A stretch of 64,000 bases of DNA from Thermodesulfobacteriota bacterium (GTDB taxonomy: Bacteria > Desulfobacterota > Desulfarculia > JACQYL01): assembly GCA_963675595.2 (NCBI GenBank), contig CAXXLZ010000002.1:1824001-1888000 (forward strand). The letters are read 5' to 3'. The position numbers and the translations under genes were made by a program. The notes under the pieces are model-generated. The model saw only the letters and a list, made by a program, of their open reading frames with translations, was not told the DNA's origin and searched no databases. Below are positions 1 to 9,361 of the stretch, in pieces (the stretch's first letter is position 1; each line of letters begins with the position of its first letter).

Positions 1-462
1 GCGTGCGATGCCTATTTGAGGAACGGGGCCGAGGTAGCGGTATACAACTTCAGCGACGCTTCCGCGGGCGGAAAACGGCTCTTGCCGTTTTCCCGCAACC
101 GAGAAGAAATCTACGAAACCCTTTGCCACTTTTTCGGAGGAGGCACCCGCATCCGACCGGAAGATATGGAACCCCTCCAGACCTCGCCTCCTGCAGACCT
201 GTTTCTGATCACGGACATGCAGTTGACCAATCTGGACGTATTAATCCAATACCTGACCACCTGTCGAAATCGGGTCACCGCCGTTCATATCGGCATGAAC
301 GAACAGATACACTCGTTTCGCGGGTCCGTCCAAGGTCGGAACAACGTGGACGTGCACGCCGTGGAACGTATGGAAGACATCCCCCGCATCGTTTTGGGGA
401 AAGTCGGAGAGTATTTGGCCATACGGGAACCATTCCAAACTACGTCGGGAGGCAAGCCATGA
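1..462 (+). CDS. VWA-domain-like protein, C-terminal part (5' end outside window)
   Basis: Frame open from base 1. VAVYNFS, GGGT and LFLITD segments match von Willebrand A/MIDAS-type elements. Stop overlaps the next start (ATGA 459-462). Confidence 0.6.
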   Translation, partial: ACDAYLRNGAEVAVYNFSDASAGGKRLLPFSRNREEIYETLCHFFGGGTRIRPEDMEPLQTSPPADLFLITDMQLTNLDVLIQYLTTCRNRVTAVHIGMNEQIHSFRGSVQGRNNVDVHAVERMEDIPRIVLGKVGEYLAIREPFQTTSGGKP

Positions 463-788
463 CGTTGAATATCACCGCCAAGAATTTCGAGGAAGAAGTG
501 ATCGGTTCGGACATTCCGGTCCTGGTGGATTTCTGGGCGCCCAACTGCTCCACCTGCATCGCGCTGAACAGCTTCGTGGACAAGCTGGCGAAAGATTTGG
601 CGGATCGGCTCAAGGTGGTCAAGGTGAACGCCCTGTCGGACCGAAAAATCTGTGAGATGGCCGACGTGCTTTCAGTGCCGACGTTCATCCTATATCGGAA
701 CGGAAAAGAGGAGAAGCGGCTGCTTAAGGACGCACCGCTCACGCTGGAAAAGATTCAGGAAATGGCCAGGGAAGCGGTGGGCGATTGA
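459..788 (+). CDS. Thioredoxin family protein (active site WAPNCSTC)
   Basis: NFEEEV..PVLVDFWA-x-x-CxxC and SVPTFILYRNGK. Real start is ATG 459 inside ORF 3..788, with GGGAGG RBS upstream. Confidence 0.9.
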   Translation: MTLNITAKNFEEEVIGSDIPVLVDFWAPNCSTCIALNSFVDKLAKDLADRLKVVKVNALSDRKICEMADVLSVPTFILYRNGKEEKRLLKDAPLTLEKIQEMAREAVGD

Positions 789-885
789 TCCGGAGGACGA
801 ACAAAGACGGGAGCTTGGGGAGCGGTCGCTTCCCCACGGCGAATTCCCGTGGAATCGCCCCATCGGGCCCCTCGGGAGGGGGGCT

Positions 886-1131
886 TCATCGGAACGCTTT
901 TCCGGGCGAGTCTTTTTCCTGGAAATAGGTGAGCTCCCAGGTCCACGTCTCCGTTTCGTGGCGAAGGATGTAGGTCGCCCCATCGTCGCCGATCACTTTG
1001 AAATATCGATGGTCCGGGGATATCCATCGGTCCGACACTTCGGCGACTTCGATTCTTCGGTCACCGATCCGGAAACATCGGGGGGATTCCTCTCCCCGAT
1101 GTCCCGCATAACATTCCACTTTGATCTTCAT
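886..1131 (-). CDS. Small conserved-looking hypothetical protein (81 aa)
   Basis: VECYAG..GEE.P..F, DRW..P.HRYFKV and YILR pattern, which resembles a small uncharacterised family. Co-oriented downstream of the radical SAM gene. Confidence 0.7.
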   Translation of the reverse strand: MKIKVECYAGHRGEESPRCFRIGDRRIEVAEVSDRWISPDHRYFKVIGDDGATYILRHETETWTWELTYFQEKDSPGKAFR

Positions 1132-1233
1132 GTCCCAACCCGGATTACGAAACGCGAGCCCGGCCGCCCGAGACCGAATCGCGCATTGCCGCCATGGGCT
1201 TCGAACCGCTGCACGCCGCTCCTCCGAAGGCTT

Positions 1234-2937
1234 TCATCGTGAATCAATGGCCGCGTTATCCGGTTGGCCCAGTTCCCGGCGGCACGAGGCGATGAATCGC
1301 CCGGCTTGCTCCGAAGCGGAAAACGGCGACAATTTCCTCAGCGCGTTGCCGTATTCTCCGAGATTCATATAACTGACGCCGAGGCAAACGGCCAGGTCTT
1401 CATTTTCCGGAAACCGATCCGTTCCCCTTTCGAGCACCTCGATGGAATCACGAAAATCCCGTCGCCTCTGCAACAGCATACCCAGGCCCAGATAAGCTCT
1501 CGCGTCCGGCGCATATTTGAGTGCTTTCCGGAAAAGCAGTTCCGCGGTTTCCTCCTTGTTGCTCACCGCGTCGACTTTCGCGTAATCACCGTGGCTGAAG
1601 GTCAGCCCCAGTCTCGAAAGAAAGTCGGCATGCATGGAATACAGCTCCGGCAGGTCCGCCAACTCCACCGACGCGGCGTATTCGTGGAGATTTCCGAAAA
1701 ACTCGTTTCTCAATTCCTCCCCGAAGGCCAGAACCTCCTCTTTGGACAATCCGGGATCGGTTTCCCAGTACATGATATCCTCGATGGGATTGAGCCAGAC
1801 GTCGTCCGTGGCTCCGGTCCTTTTGAGGAAATCGTCGTACAAGGTGGTGCCTGGAAAGATGTCCAAAATATAGAAGATAGCACCGAGCGGGCGGATGCGA
1901 TGCATGAGGGACACGGTTTCACGAATGGTTTCCCGCGTCTCTCCCGGGCACCCGTAAATGAAGTAGGCGCGCGGCAGAATCCCGTAGCGCGTGGTCAGCC
2001 GGAAAGCCCGTTCGATGTTCTCGTCGCTCGTTTCGCGGCCCAAAGCCCGTCGGATTTGGGGGGATCCGCTTTCCACGCCATAGCTGATCTGGATGCATCC
2101 CGCCCTTCTCATCCAGTAGAGGACGTCTTCGTCCACGTGGTTCACATGGGAAATCGCATACCATTGCACATCCAACTCCCGCCGGACAATCTCCCGGCAG
2201 ACGGCAACGGCGTGGTCTTTGTTCAGAGTGAACATATCGTCGGACACGTAGAAGAAGGATTCTCCTTTTTCCCGCAAAGTCTTTATTTGGGACACGAAGT
2301 AGTCCGGAGAATGGAATCGGACCTGTTTCCTCCACCAGCGAGGAGAACCGCAGTAGACGCATTTCCCGACGCATCCCCTCGAGGAAATCAGGTGACGAAA
2401 AGAGCTCATTTGCGCAGGGTCCGGCAATTCGTCCAGGTTGCGAACGGGTGGGGCGTCCTCCATCCGAACCACCCGATCCTCTTTCCGGAACGCGATGCCT
2501 TTCAGGCTCCCGGGATCGCCCCCCTTCTCCAGCAAGGCGGCCAACGCCGGGAGAGTGATTTCGCCCTCTCCGATCACCACGAAATCGATGACCGGAAACC
2601 GGGTCAGAAAATGTTCCCAGAGAAAGGTGGGGGCGGGTCCGCCGAAGACAACCCGCGTCTTGGGTTCGACCTTCTTGACGATATGTGCGATTTCCAGGCC
2701 GCCCCAGCGGTTGGCATTGAAAATGGACAGTCCCACAAGGTCCGGTTTTTTCTCCTTTATGGCGAACTCCATTTGCTCCGACCGGCCCTTCATGTGGTGC
2801 CAGTTCAACACCTCGACGTCGTGGCCGTCCTTCAGAAGCAACGCCGACAGGGTCCAAAGGCCGATGGGGACCGTTTGCGCGTCCTCCGCCTGGACCCGTT
2901 CATCCAAAGTATATGGGTAGATAAGCAAAATCTTCAC
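1234..2937 (-). CDS. B12-binding domain radical SAM protein with C-terminal TPRs
   Basis: PIGL..L, VFGGP..T and GEGE in the B12-binding domain. SRGCVGKCVYC (CxxxCxxC) and YGVESG. C-terminal TPR-like helices (AYLGLG, LGVSY..LGEY). Start placed at GTG 2937; the ORF extends to 2991. Confidence 0.85.
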   Translation of the reverse strand: MKILLIYPYTLDERVQAEDAQTVPIGLWTLSALLLKDGHDVEVLNWHHMKGRSEQMEFAIKEKKPDLVGLSIFNANRWGGLEIAHIVKKVEPKTRVVFGGPAPTFLWEHFLTRFPVIDFVVIGEGEITLPALAALLEKGGDPGSLKGIAFRKEDRVVRMEDAPPVRNLDELPDPAQMSSFRHLISSRGCVGKCVYCGSPRWWRKQVRFHSPDYFVSQIKTLREKGESFFYVSDDMFTLNKDHAVAVCREIVRRELDVQWYAISHVNHVDEDVLYWMRRAGCIQISYGVESGSPQIRRALGRETSDENIERAFRLTTRYGILPRAYFIYGCPGETRETIRETVSLMHRIRPLGAIFYILDIFPGTTLYDDFLKRTGATDDVWLNPIEDIMYWETDPGLSKEEVLAFGEELRNEFFGNLHEYAASVELADLPELYSMHADFLSRLGLTFSHGDYAKVDAVSNKEETAELLFRKALKYAPDARAYLGLGMLLQRRRDFRDSIEVLERGTDRFPENEDLAVCLGVSYMNLGEYGNALRKLSPFSASEQAGRFIASCRRELGQPDNAAIDSR

Positions 2938-3168
2938 GGACTCTTCCCCTTTCCATCCTCTTTCCATACACCAACGAATAGCCTCCCGCAACCGGCGCAG
3001 ACATCGCCGCGCCGCACCCGCCGGCCGAGGAGTCTCCGATTAGCGCAAGTCCGTAGCTCTGGCTCTTCAGCCGGTGATCGGCGCCAAGCCGAAGCCTATC
3101 TATTTGTTATTATGATAAAACTATTAATTGAGCACGTGATGGAACAGGCGAAGGAGCGAAGTTATGTT

Positions 3169-3185
3169 TTGCAACTTGGTTGCAT
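3169..3185. promoter_or_regulatory. Putative Zur box TTGCAAC-TTG-GTTGCAT
   Basis: Palindrome matching the deltaproteobacterial Zur consensus ATGCAACnnnGTTGCAT at all but the first base, about 80 nt upstream of a metal permease/ZnuA-like operon. Confidence 0.75.
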
Positions 3186-3265
3186 CTATGATAACAAAAC
3201 GCCACGTCATTCAGCGCCGGCCGAAACCAACGCCGGCATACACCGTACCCGCAGCGGATTCCATC

Positions 3266-4225
3266 ATGTCCATCTCCTTCATCCAGGACCTCCGATTCTT
3301 CGCATCCATCACCCTTGCCATTTTCCTGGAAGCCGCTCCCTTTCTGTTGTTGGGCTCCTTGGTGTCTTCAATCTTCGAGATCTACGTGCCATCGGATTTC
3401 CTCGCCAAAAGGATGCCCAAACGCGTTTCCACCGGCATCGGAATGGGACTCCTGGGTGGTTTGATCATGCCCACGTGCGAATGCGGAGTGGTTCCCATCG
3501 CCCTCCGACTCATGCGCAAGGGAGTCCCTTCGCATGCGGCCGTGGCCTTCATGTTGGCCTCTCCGGTCATCAACCCCATCGTACTGACCTCGACCTACAT
3601 GGCCTTTCGAGGCGATTGGACCATGGTGGCGGGACGAGTTGTCTTGGCGTTGATCCCCGCAGCCTGCGTGGCCTGGTCCCTGTCCGGAATCCCGCCGGAA
3701 GCCCTTTTGCGAAATCGATGGGGCGGCGCTCCTTCGGGCGGCACAGGGAGTCTGCCCATGTTCCCCGATCACGCCGAGGGCGTGTGCTGTGCTCACGGTC
3801 ATCACGCAGAGCACGGGTCTTCCTCCAAACCCATGCGGCTCCTGCTCCACACCGGTTCCGAATTCTTGGACATGAGCCGTTACCTGCTCTTCGGCTGTAT
3901 TGCCGCCGGGCTGTTCAAGACTTTCGTACCCCTGGACATCGTCTTCCATATCCAGGAAAAACCGCTGCTTGCCGTGGGAGGCATGATGCTGCTCGCAATA
4001 CTGCTTTCCGTGTGCTCCGAGGCGGACGCATTCGTGGCCGCCTCCTTTACCGCGTTTCCCAAGGCGGCCCAGCTCTCCTTTACCGCCATCGGCCCCATGG
4101 TGGACCTCAAGCTTGCGGCGGTGTTTTTTTCCTTTTTTCACAGAAGAGTCGTGGGGGTGCTGCTGCTCACCCCAACGTTCATCATCTACGTCCTTTCTCT
4201 AGTGCTCATGCGTTACATTGGGTAA
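3266..4225 (+). CDS. DUF318/UPF0718 (YcgR-like) permease
   Basis: EAAPFLLLG, PTCECG, P.INP, SVCSEAD and GPMVDLK motifs; many TM helices; His/Cys-rich linker. ATG 3266 preferred because the ORF start at 3164 overlaps the Zur box. Confidence 0.85.
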   Translation: MSISFIQDLRFFASITLAIFLEAAPFLLLGSLVSSIFEIYVPSDFLAKRMPKRVSTGIGMGLLGGLIMPTCECGVVPIALRLMRKGVPSHAAVAFMLASPVINPIVLTSTYMAFRGDWTMVAGRVVLALIPAACVAWSLSGIPPEALLRNRWGGAPSGGTGSLPMFPDHAEGVCCAHGHHAEHGSSSKPMRLLLHTGSEFLDMSRYLLFGCIAAGLFKTFVPLDIVFHIQEKPLLAVGGMMLLAILLSVCSEADAFVAASFTAFPKAAQLSFTAIGPMVDLKLAAVFFSFFHRRVVGVLLLTPTFIIYVLSLVLMRYIG

Positions 4226-4346
4226 CAACGGAAGGAAAATCCGGTCTCGGCACAGCGGGAATACCGGAGGCCCGGTATGGGGAATGATCGAGGTGAAGGC
4301 TGCGGCGAGCCCCGCGCTTTGGGCTCCTCCGGAGTTCGGGTAGGAT

Positions 4347-5132
4347 ATGGAATCGACACAACAAACAAACCGACGACACAAATCTCTCTGGGGACTCGCA
4401 CAAGGAGCGGTGCTCCTGGGAATGGGCCTTTACCTGGTGAGCCTGGTTTTGGGAGACGATTACTGGCTTCTCCTGAACCCCCGGTTCCGCTGGGTCAGCG
4501 CCACGGCGGCGTTTGTACTCCTGGTGGTGGGCACGGCCTCCCTGATCCGCCCCCCCGCGAACGCCAAGTTTTCCCACTTGATCGGTTTTCTCGTCCTTTT
4601 CGCGCTGGCGGGCGTTCAACACCACGATCCCGCCAACGAGGCGTTCAAGGACCCGATGAGTCCTCTGAGAGCTGAGAACCCGGAGCCTCGTGTTTCCATT
4701 GATGGAACGGAATACATCAAGCTGAACACTGCGGAGCTCTTCCTCATCGCCGAGCAGCACAAAGATCGCATTCCCTTGAAATACGCAGTGCGCGGGATCG
4801 TGGTCCGTAGCCCCGAGCTGGACCGTCGCAACCGCTTCGCCCTGTTACGAGTCCACATGTTCTGCTGCTTGGCGGACGCGGTGGCCGTGGGATTCCTGGT
4901 TCCGTACGACAAGGTGGGCACCCTGCAAACCGGGCAGTGGGTGCGGGCGGCCGGCACCCTCAGACCCGAGACCCCGAGCAAGGCCGACCAGCAGTCCATC
5001 CACCTGGAAAACATCGCGTTCACCGCGATCAACGAGAATTACGCCTTGGAGCCGGACCACGTGGACCCGGTGGAAGCTCCGGAGTTTCAGTTTATCTTTG
5101 AATTCCGGGACAAGGAACCTTACGCCTATTGA
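4347..5132 (+). CDS. DUF1980/TIGR03943 (YcgQ-like) membrane protein
   Basis: Three N-terminal TM helices, LLNPRF, the CCLADA motif and GQWVR..G; usual partner of DUF318. Confidence 0.8.
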   Translation: MESTQQTNRRHKSLWGLAQGAVLLGMGLYLVSLVLGDDYWLLLNPRFRWVSATAAFVLLVVGTASLIRPPANAKFSHLIGFLVLFALAGVQHHDPANEAFKDPMSPLRAENPEPRVSIDGTEYIKLNTAELFLIAEQHKDRIPLKYAVRGIVVRSPELDRRNRFALLRVHMFCCLADAVAVGFLVPYDKVGTLQTGQWVRAAGTLRPETPSKADQQSIHLENIAFTAINENYALEPDHVDPVEAPEFQFIFEFRDKEPYAY

Positions 5133-5234
5133 CCGGATCGTTCGGTTGCCGGATTTCGTGAAGGCCTTTCCCCCGTGACGTGGTCCGAGGGCCGTTCAAT
5201 TCAAACGCAGGTCCGCCTGCAGAAGGAGTCAGCC

Positions 5235-6134
5235 ATGCGACGACCGCTCGTTTTCATGCTCGCTCTCTTTGTCCTGTCGTCTTTCCACACGGCCTTGGCC
5301 GCACCGGTCCGGGTCTTCGTGAGCATTCCCCCGCAGAAGTACTTTGTGGAGAAGATCGCCGGTCCTTTGGTGGACGTGGCCGTGATGGCGCCTCCGGGAG
5401 CCAACCCTCACGCCTATGAACCCAGGCCTCGGCAGATGTCGGAACTCTCCCACGCCCGCGCGTTCCTCGCGGTGGGCGTGCCTTTCGAGCACACCTGGCT
5501 GCCGCGTTTCGCGGCGCTGAACAAGAACCTGCTTATCGTGCACACCGACCGAGGCATCCGGAAACGAGAGATGAGCGCCCACTCCCACGGTTCCGAGGAC
5601 GAACCGCACCACGGCTCCCACGAAGAAGAGGACCATAAACACGGAACGGACCCCCACATCTGGGTGTCGCCACCCCTGGCGCTTCTTCAGGCCCGCAACA
5701 TCCTCGCCGCCCTGGTGGAAATTCTCCCCGGAGAGCGCCAAACCCTGTACGAGAATTACGGACGCTTCATCGGAGAAATTGCGGAACTGGACACGGAGAT
5801 CATGAACCTGTTCCCACCGGGCAAGGCATCGCGTCCGAGTTTTCTGGTGTTCCACCCCGCTTGGGGCTATTTCGCCGAGGCCTATGGTCTGGAAGAAACC
5901 GCCGTCGAAGTGGAGGGCAAGGAACCCAAACCCGCGGAGTTGATAAAGCTGATCGAAAAAGCCCGTGAGATGGGGGTCAAGGCGATTTTTGTTCAACCGC
6001 AGATGTCCACGCGAACGGCGGAGACCATCGCCGATGCCGTCGGAGCCGTCGTGACCGTCGCGGACCCGCTTGCGGAACAGTGGGCGTCGAATTTAAGGAC
6101 CGTGGCCCGAAAGATCGCGGGGCGACCGGAATAA
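5235..6134 (+). CDS. znuA: Zn/Mn ABC-type substrate-binding protein (ZnuA/AdcA-like)
   Basis: Signal peptide, NPHAYEP, His-rich loop HSHGSEDEPHHGSHEEEDHKH, DPHIWVSP and FHPAWGYF. AAGGAG RBS before ATG 5235. Confidence 0.9.
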   Translation: MRRPLVFMLALFVLSSFHTALAAPVRVFVSIPPQKYFVEKIAGPLVDVAVMAPPGANPHAYEPRPRQMSELSHARAFLAVGVPFEHTWLPRFAALNKNLLIVHTDRGIRKREMSAHSHGSEDEPHHGSHEEEDHKHGTDPHIWVSPPLALLQARNILAALVEILPGERQTLYENYGRFIGEIAELDTEIMNLFPPGKASRPSFLVFHPAWGYFAEAYGLEETAVEVEGKEPKPAELIKLIEKAREMGVKAIFVQPQMSTRTAETIADAVGAVVTVADPLAEQWASNLRTVARKIAGRPE

Positions 6135-6403
6135 CGTCGATGCGGTTCCGTTCTTGATACGAGTTCCGGGCGAATCCCGGGGTCCTTTCAGCCTCTTTCT
6201 CAGGTATTCAAGGGGAAAGACTTCCGGAAAATGATCACCTGCGGGTGGAGCCGTTCTCAGGCGGCCTCACCGCCTTGGGCGGAGGGGCCTATGGAGAAAT
6301 AAACTTCCTTACTTAAAACCAACGTTCCGCCCATTCCTTGAATCGGCCGAGGAATGCCATAGTCCGGCTTCGTCGCGGGCCGGCCGGACGGAAGTATGCG
6401 CGT

Positions 6404-7303
6404 TCACCCGCTGAAGACCGACGTGAGCGCCTCCCGCAATTCCGGATAATCGAAATGAAAGCCCTGATCCTCGAGTCTTCGAGGCGTCACCCGCTGCCCT
6501 TTAAGCACCACGGAGCCGAATTCCCCCATGACCAACCGGACCATAAAACCGGGAACGGGCACAATGGCGGGACGGTGCAATACGGCTCCCAAGGTCTTGG
6601 TAAACTCACCATTGGTGACCGGGTTGGGCGCACAAAGATTGAAGGGCCCCTCCAGTTCGGCATGCGCCGTCAGAAAACCCAAGGCTCGAACCAGATCCTC
6701 CATGTGAATCCAGGAGAACCACTGTCGACCGTTTCCCAGCGGTCCTCCCAGCCCGGCCTTGAATAAGGGCGCCATCATTTTCAGAGCCCCGCCCGACTTA
6801 CCCAACACGATGCCGAACCGGGTCACCACCACACGAATTCCTCGATTTCTTGCCTGAATCGCTTCACTTTCCCAGTCCAGGCAAAGTCGGGCAAGGAAAT
6901 CTCCTCCGGGCTCATCGGCCTCCGAAAGAGCCTCGTCCCCATGAAAGCCGTAATAGCCGACCGCGGATGCATTGCACAGGACACGACCCGCTTCCTCCCT
7001 CATGGCCTTCACGATGTTCCGTGTGGTCAAGATGCGGCTGTCGCGCATCAGTTTTCGGGTTCGGTCGTTCCAACGTTGAAAGATGGACGCTCCGGCCAAG
7101 TTGATCACCGCCTCCGCTTGGCGGATTTCCGTCTGCCAGGAACCGGGCAGCGTGGTATCGCCGGATACGTAGGTCACCTCGTCGGGCAGGTTCCCACGAT
7201 CGGCGGATCGGCTGACGGCGACCACCGAATGCCCTTCCCGAACATATTTGATGCAAAGTTGCGTCCCAATGACTCCTCGTCCCCCCACAACGGCGACCTT
7301 CAT
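6404..7303 (-). CDS. TIGR01777 family NAD-dependent epimerase (YfcH-like)
   Basis: GGRGVIG Rossmann motif, INLAGASI, SAVGYYG and GRQWFSWIH..D. Confidence 0.9.
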   Translation of the reverse strand: MKVAVVGGRGVIGTQLCIKYVREGHSVVAVSRSADRGNLPDEVTYVSGDTTLPGSWQTEIRQAEAVINLAGASIFQRWNDRTRKLMRDSRILTTRNIVKAMREEAGRVLCNASAVGYYGFHGDEALSEADEPGGDFLARLCLDWESEAIQARNRGIRVVVTRFGIVLGKSGGALKMMAPLFKAGLGGPLGNGRQWFSWIHMEDLVRALGFLTAHAELEGPFNLCAPNPVTNGEFTKTLGAVLHRPAIVPVPGFMVRLVMGEFGSVVLKGQRVTPRRLEDQGFHFDYPELREALTSVFSG

Positions 7304-7430
7304 GGTTTCCTCCCCGAATTATCGGACCATATGGGTTGTCGGCAGGCGACCCGGGTGTCCAGGCCGGTGTGCGGATCACCGCCGACCGATTCCATGGGAC
7401 CGGAACAGCGGAGAATCCGGTGATCGAACG

Positions 7431-7982
7431 TCAGCGTCCATCTCTTGCCGTCGGACGAAACCGATCCTGTTCACTGTAAATGCAGCCGCAGTACTCCTGC
7501 CGGTACAGGCCCAACTCCTTGGAAGCCTCAATGCCCTCTTTCCAACCCCGGCGGAAGTCTTCGTAATGGAAAGCCACTCCCCACTTCTTTCCGAGGCTCT
7601 CCCCAATTTCGGCGATGAGATCATGCTTCTGGCGTTTGCTGTAAAGCAGGCTGCTGGTAAAGGCATCGAACCCGCTCTTGGAAGCGGTTCGTGCGGCCGC
7701 CTCCAAGCGTCGATGGTAGCAATGCGCGCAACGACGGTTTTCTCGAAATACGACTCGCCGTAGAAATTCATCCAGATCATACTCGTCCCGCACGATCAGT
7801 TCCAGCCGTGTCGCTTGAGCCATCATGCGAGCCGTGTCCATCCTCCGTTCATATTCCCTTACCGGATGCACATTCGGATTGTAATAGAATCCGAACACGC
7901 GTTCATAACTCTCCCGGAGCCGTGCAAGAGGATATAGGGCGCACGGCCCGCAACACATATGCATCAAAACGCTCGAACTCAT
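7431..7982 (-). CDS. queH: Epoxyqueuosine reductase QueH
   Basis: HMCCGPC, YNPNVHP..EY..R, RCAHCY..RL and LYRQEYCGCIYS motifs. Confidence 0.9.
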   Translation of the reverse strand: MSSSVLMHMCCGPCALYPLARLRESYERVFGFYYNPNVHPVREYERRMDTARMMAQATRLELIVRDEYDLDEFLRRVVFRENRRCAHCYHRRLEAAARTASKSGFDAFTSSLLYSKRQKHDLIAEIGESLGKKWGVAFHYEDFRRGWKEGIEASKELGLYRQEYCGCIYSEQDRFRPTARDGR

Positions 7983-8134
7983 TCCATCTTCCCCGCCAAG
8001 GAGCCGGCCGACAGGGTCCGAGTCCGTCCTCGGCCGCCCAAACTACTTGACTCAAAAGGATAAATTATAGTACGAGATAAAATAGTTACCGACAATTCTT
8101 CACTATGTGACGCATCCTGCTATCGGTGGAATCC

Positions 8135-8455
8135 ATGGGCAACATTATATCGAATTTCCTATTCGCCGTCGCCAAAGTCATCGACACGGTACTCTATTTG
8201 TACATGATTATCGTTATCGCACGAGCCGTTATTTCATGGGTCAGCCCGGACCCGTACAATCCCATCGTTCGTTTTTTATACGCAGCCACCGAGCCGGTGT
8301 TGTCGAGAATTCGAAGGTGGCTCCCCTTCAACTTGGGCATGATCGACGTTTCTCCCATTATCGTTTTTTTGATTATCATCTTTCTGCAGAATTTCCTCGT
8401 ATCTTCTCTCATGGAGTTGGCTTTGCAGATAGGGGGCGGTAGGCCCATCCCTTGA
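8135..8455 (+). CDS. yggT: YggT family membrane protein
   Basis: ISWVSPDPYNPIV, TEPVL..IRR and IDVSPII motifs. Confidence 0.9.
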   Translation: MGNIISNFLFAVAKVIDTVLYLYMIIVIARAVISWVSPDPYNPIVRFLYAATEPVLSRIRRWLPFNLGMIDVSPIIVFLIIIFLQNFLVSSLMELALQIGGGRPIP

Positions 8456-8465
8456 GCAGAGGAGA

Positions 8466-8978
8466 ATGGTATCCATGCACGACTTCACTACTGAAGAAAT
8501 CCGCGGGCATAAGTTCAAGACTCGGTTCCGAGGGTACGACACGAAGATCGTACAAGAGTACCTGGACGAACTCGCCGACGAACTCGATCGAATCGCAGCC
8601 GAAAATCAAACGCTCCGAAACCAGGTTATGGAGAAGACCCGAAACCTGGAACAGGCGTTGGATCAGAACCGAAAGTTGACGGACAGCCTGGGGGCGGTCC
8701 GGGACAGCTCCCTCGCCATTGAGGAACGGGCCCAGAAGCAGGCCGACCTGATTATTTCCAAAGCGGAGCTGACCGCGGAGAAGATACTGAACAACGCTCA
8801 CCAACGTGTAGCGCAACTTCACGAAGATCTGGCGGAACTCAAACGCCAGCGCACTCATTTCGAAGTGAAGCTCAGGTCATTTATCGAGGCGCAATTGAAA
8901 TTCCTCGATATGGAAAAGGAGAATCATCAGGCCACCGACGAATTGGACGCCAAGGTCCGCTTTATCAGCAAGACATGA
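8466..8978 (+). CDS. divIVA: DivIVA domain coiled-coil protein
   Basis: EI..HKF..RFRGYD...V.EYLD N-terminus followed by coiled coil; sits between yggT and yggU. Confidence 0.85.
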   Translation: MVSMHDFTTEEIRGHKFKTRFRGYDTKIVQEYLDELADELDRIAAENQTLRNQVMEKTRNLEQALDQNRKLTDSLGAVRDSSLAIEERAQKQADLIISKAELTAEKILNNAHQRVAQLHEDLAELKRQRTHFEVKLRSFIEAQLKFLDMEKENHQATDELDAKVRFISKT

Positions 8979-9030
8979 GCCGAGCCTCATGTCAATCCGT
9001 TGAGGTCGTTTCACGACTTTTTCCGAGACT

Positions 9031-9210
9031 ATGACCACGAAAAGAGTCCGCATGGAAGATATCAAGAGTTTGGAGTCCCTGCAGCAGGTCGTGTTGGCGC
9101 AGGTTCATCTCCTGGAAGCGGTGTTGTCGCTGCTGGAAGAGAAAGGTGTCGTCACTTTGGATGAAGTGACCCGACGGGTCGAAGAACTCAAAAAGAGACC
9201 CAAGTCCTAA
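9031..9210 (+). CDS. Small hypothetical protein (59 aa), absent from the ORF track
   Basis: Translated by hand: MTTKRVRMEDIKSLESLQQVVLAQVHLLEAVLSLLEEKGVVTLDEVTRRVEELKKRPKS. Amphipathic helices; co-oriented within the yggT-divIVA-yggU run. Confidence 0.65.
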   Translation: MTTKRVRMEDIKSLESLQQVVLAQVHLLEAVLSLLEEKGVVTLDEVTRRVEELKKRPKS

Positions 9211-9361
9211 GCACTCGTCCGAGACGTCGTACACGCAGAAACGAGAGCGGTACCCCACGGGAAAGAACCGTTCGCTCTCGTGGACGTATCTCTTTTGTGT
9301 CCATGGTCGCAACAGGCCCGCACGGACTTCTTAACCGCCTTCACTCGTTCAAGATTGCGCC

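Noticed and set aside
790-885. Three short tandem hairpins between convergent genes
   Set aside because: They fit ordinary terminator-like structure; there is no shared repeat unit and no recognisable ncRNA.
1264-4287. 1007-aa plus-strand ORF
   Set aside because: It is the antisense shadow of the radical SAM gene running out of frame into the permease, with no motifs. Long shadow ORFs are expected at this GC content; the same applies to 11968..13731, 44382..45935 and 61795..63330.
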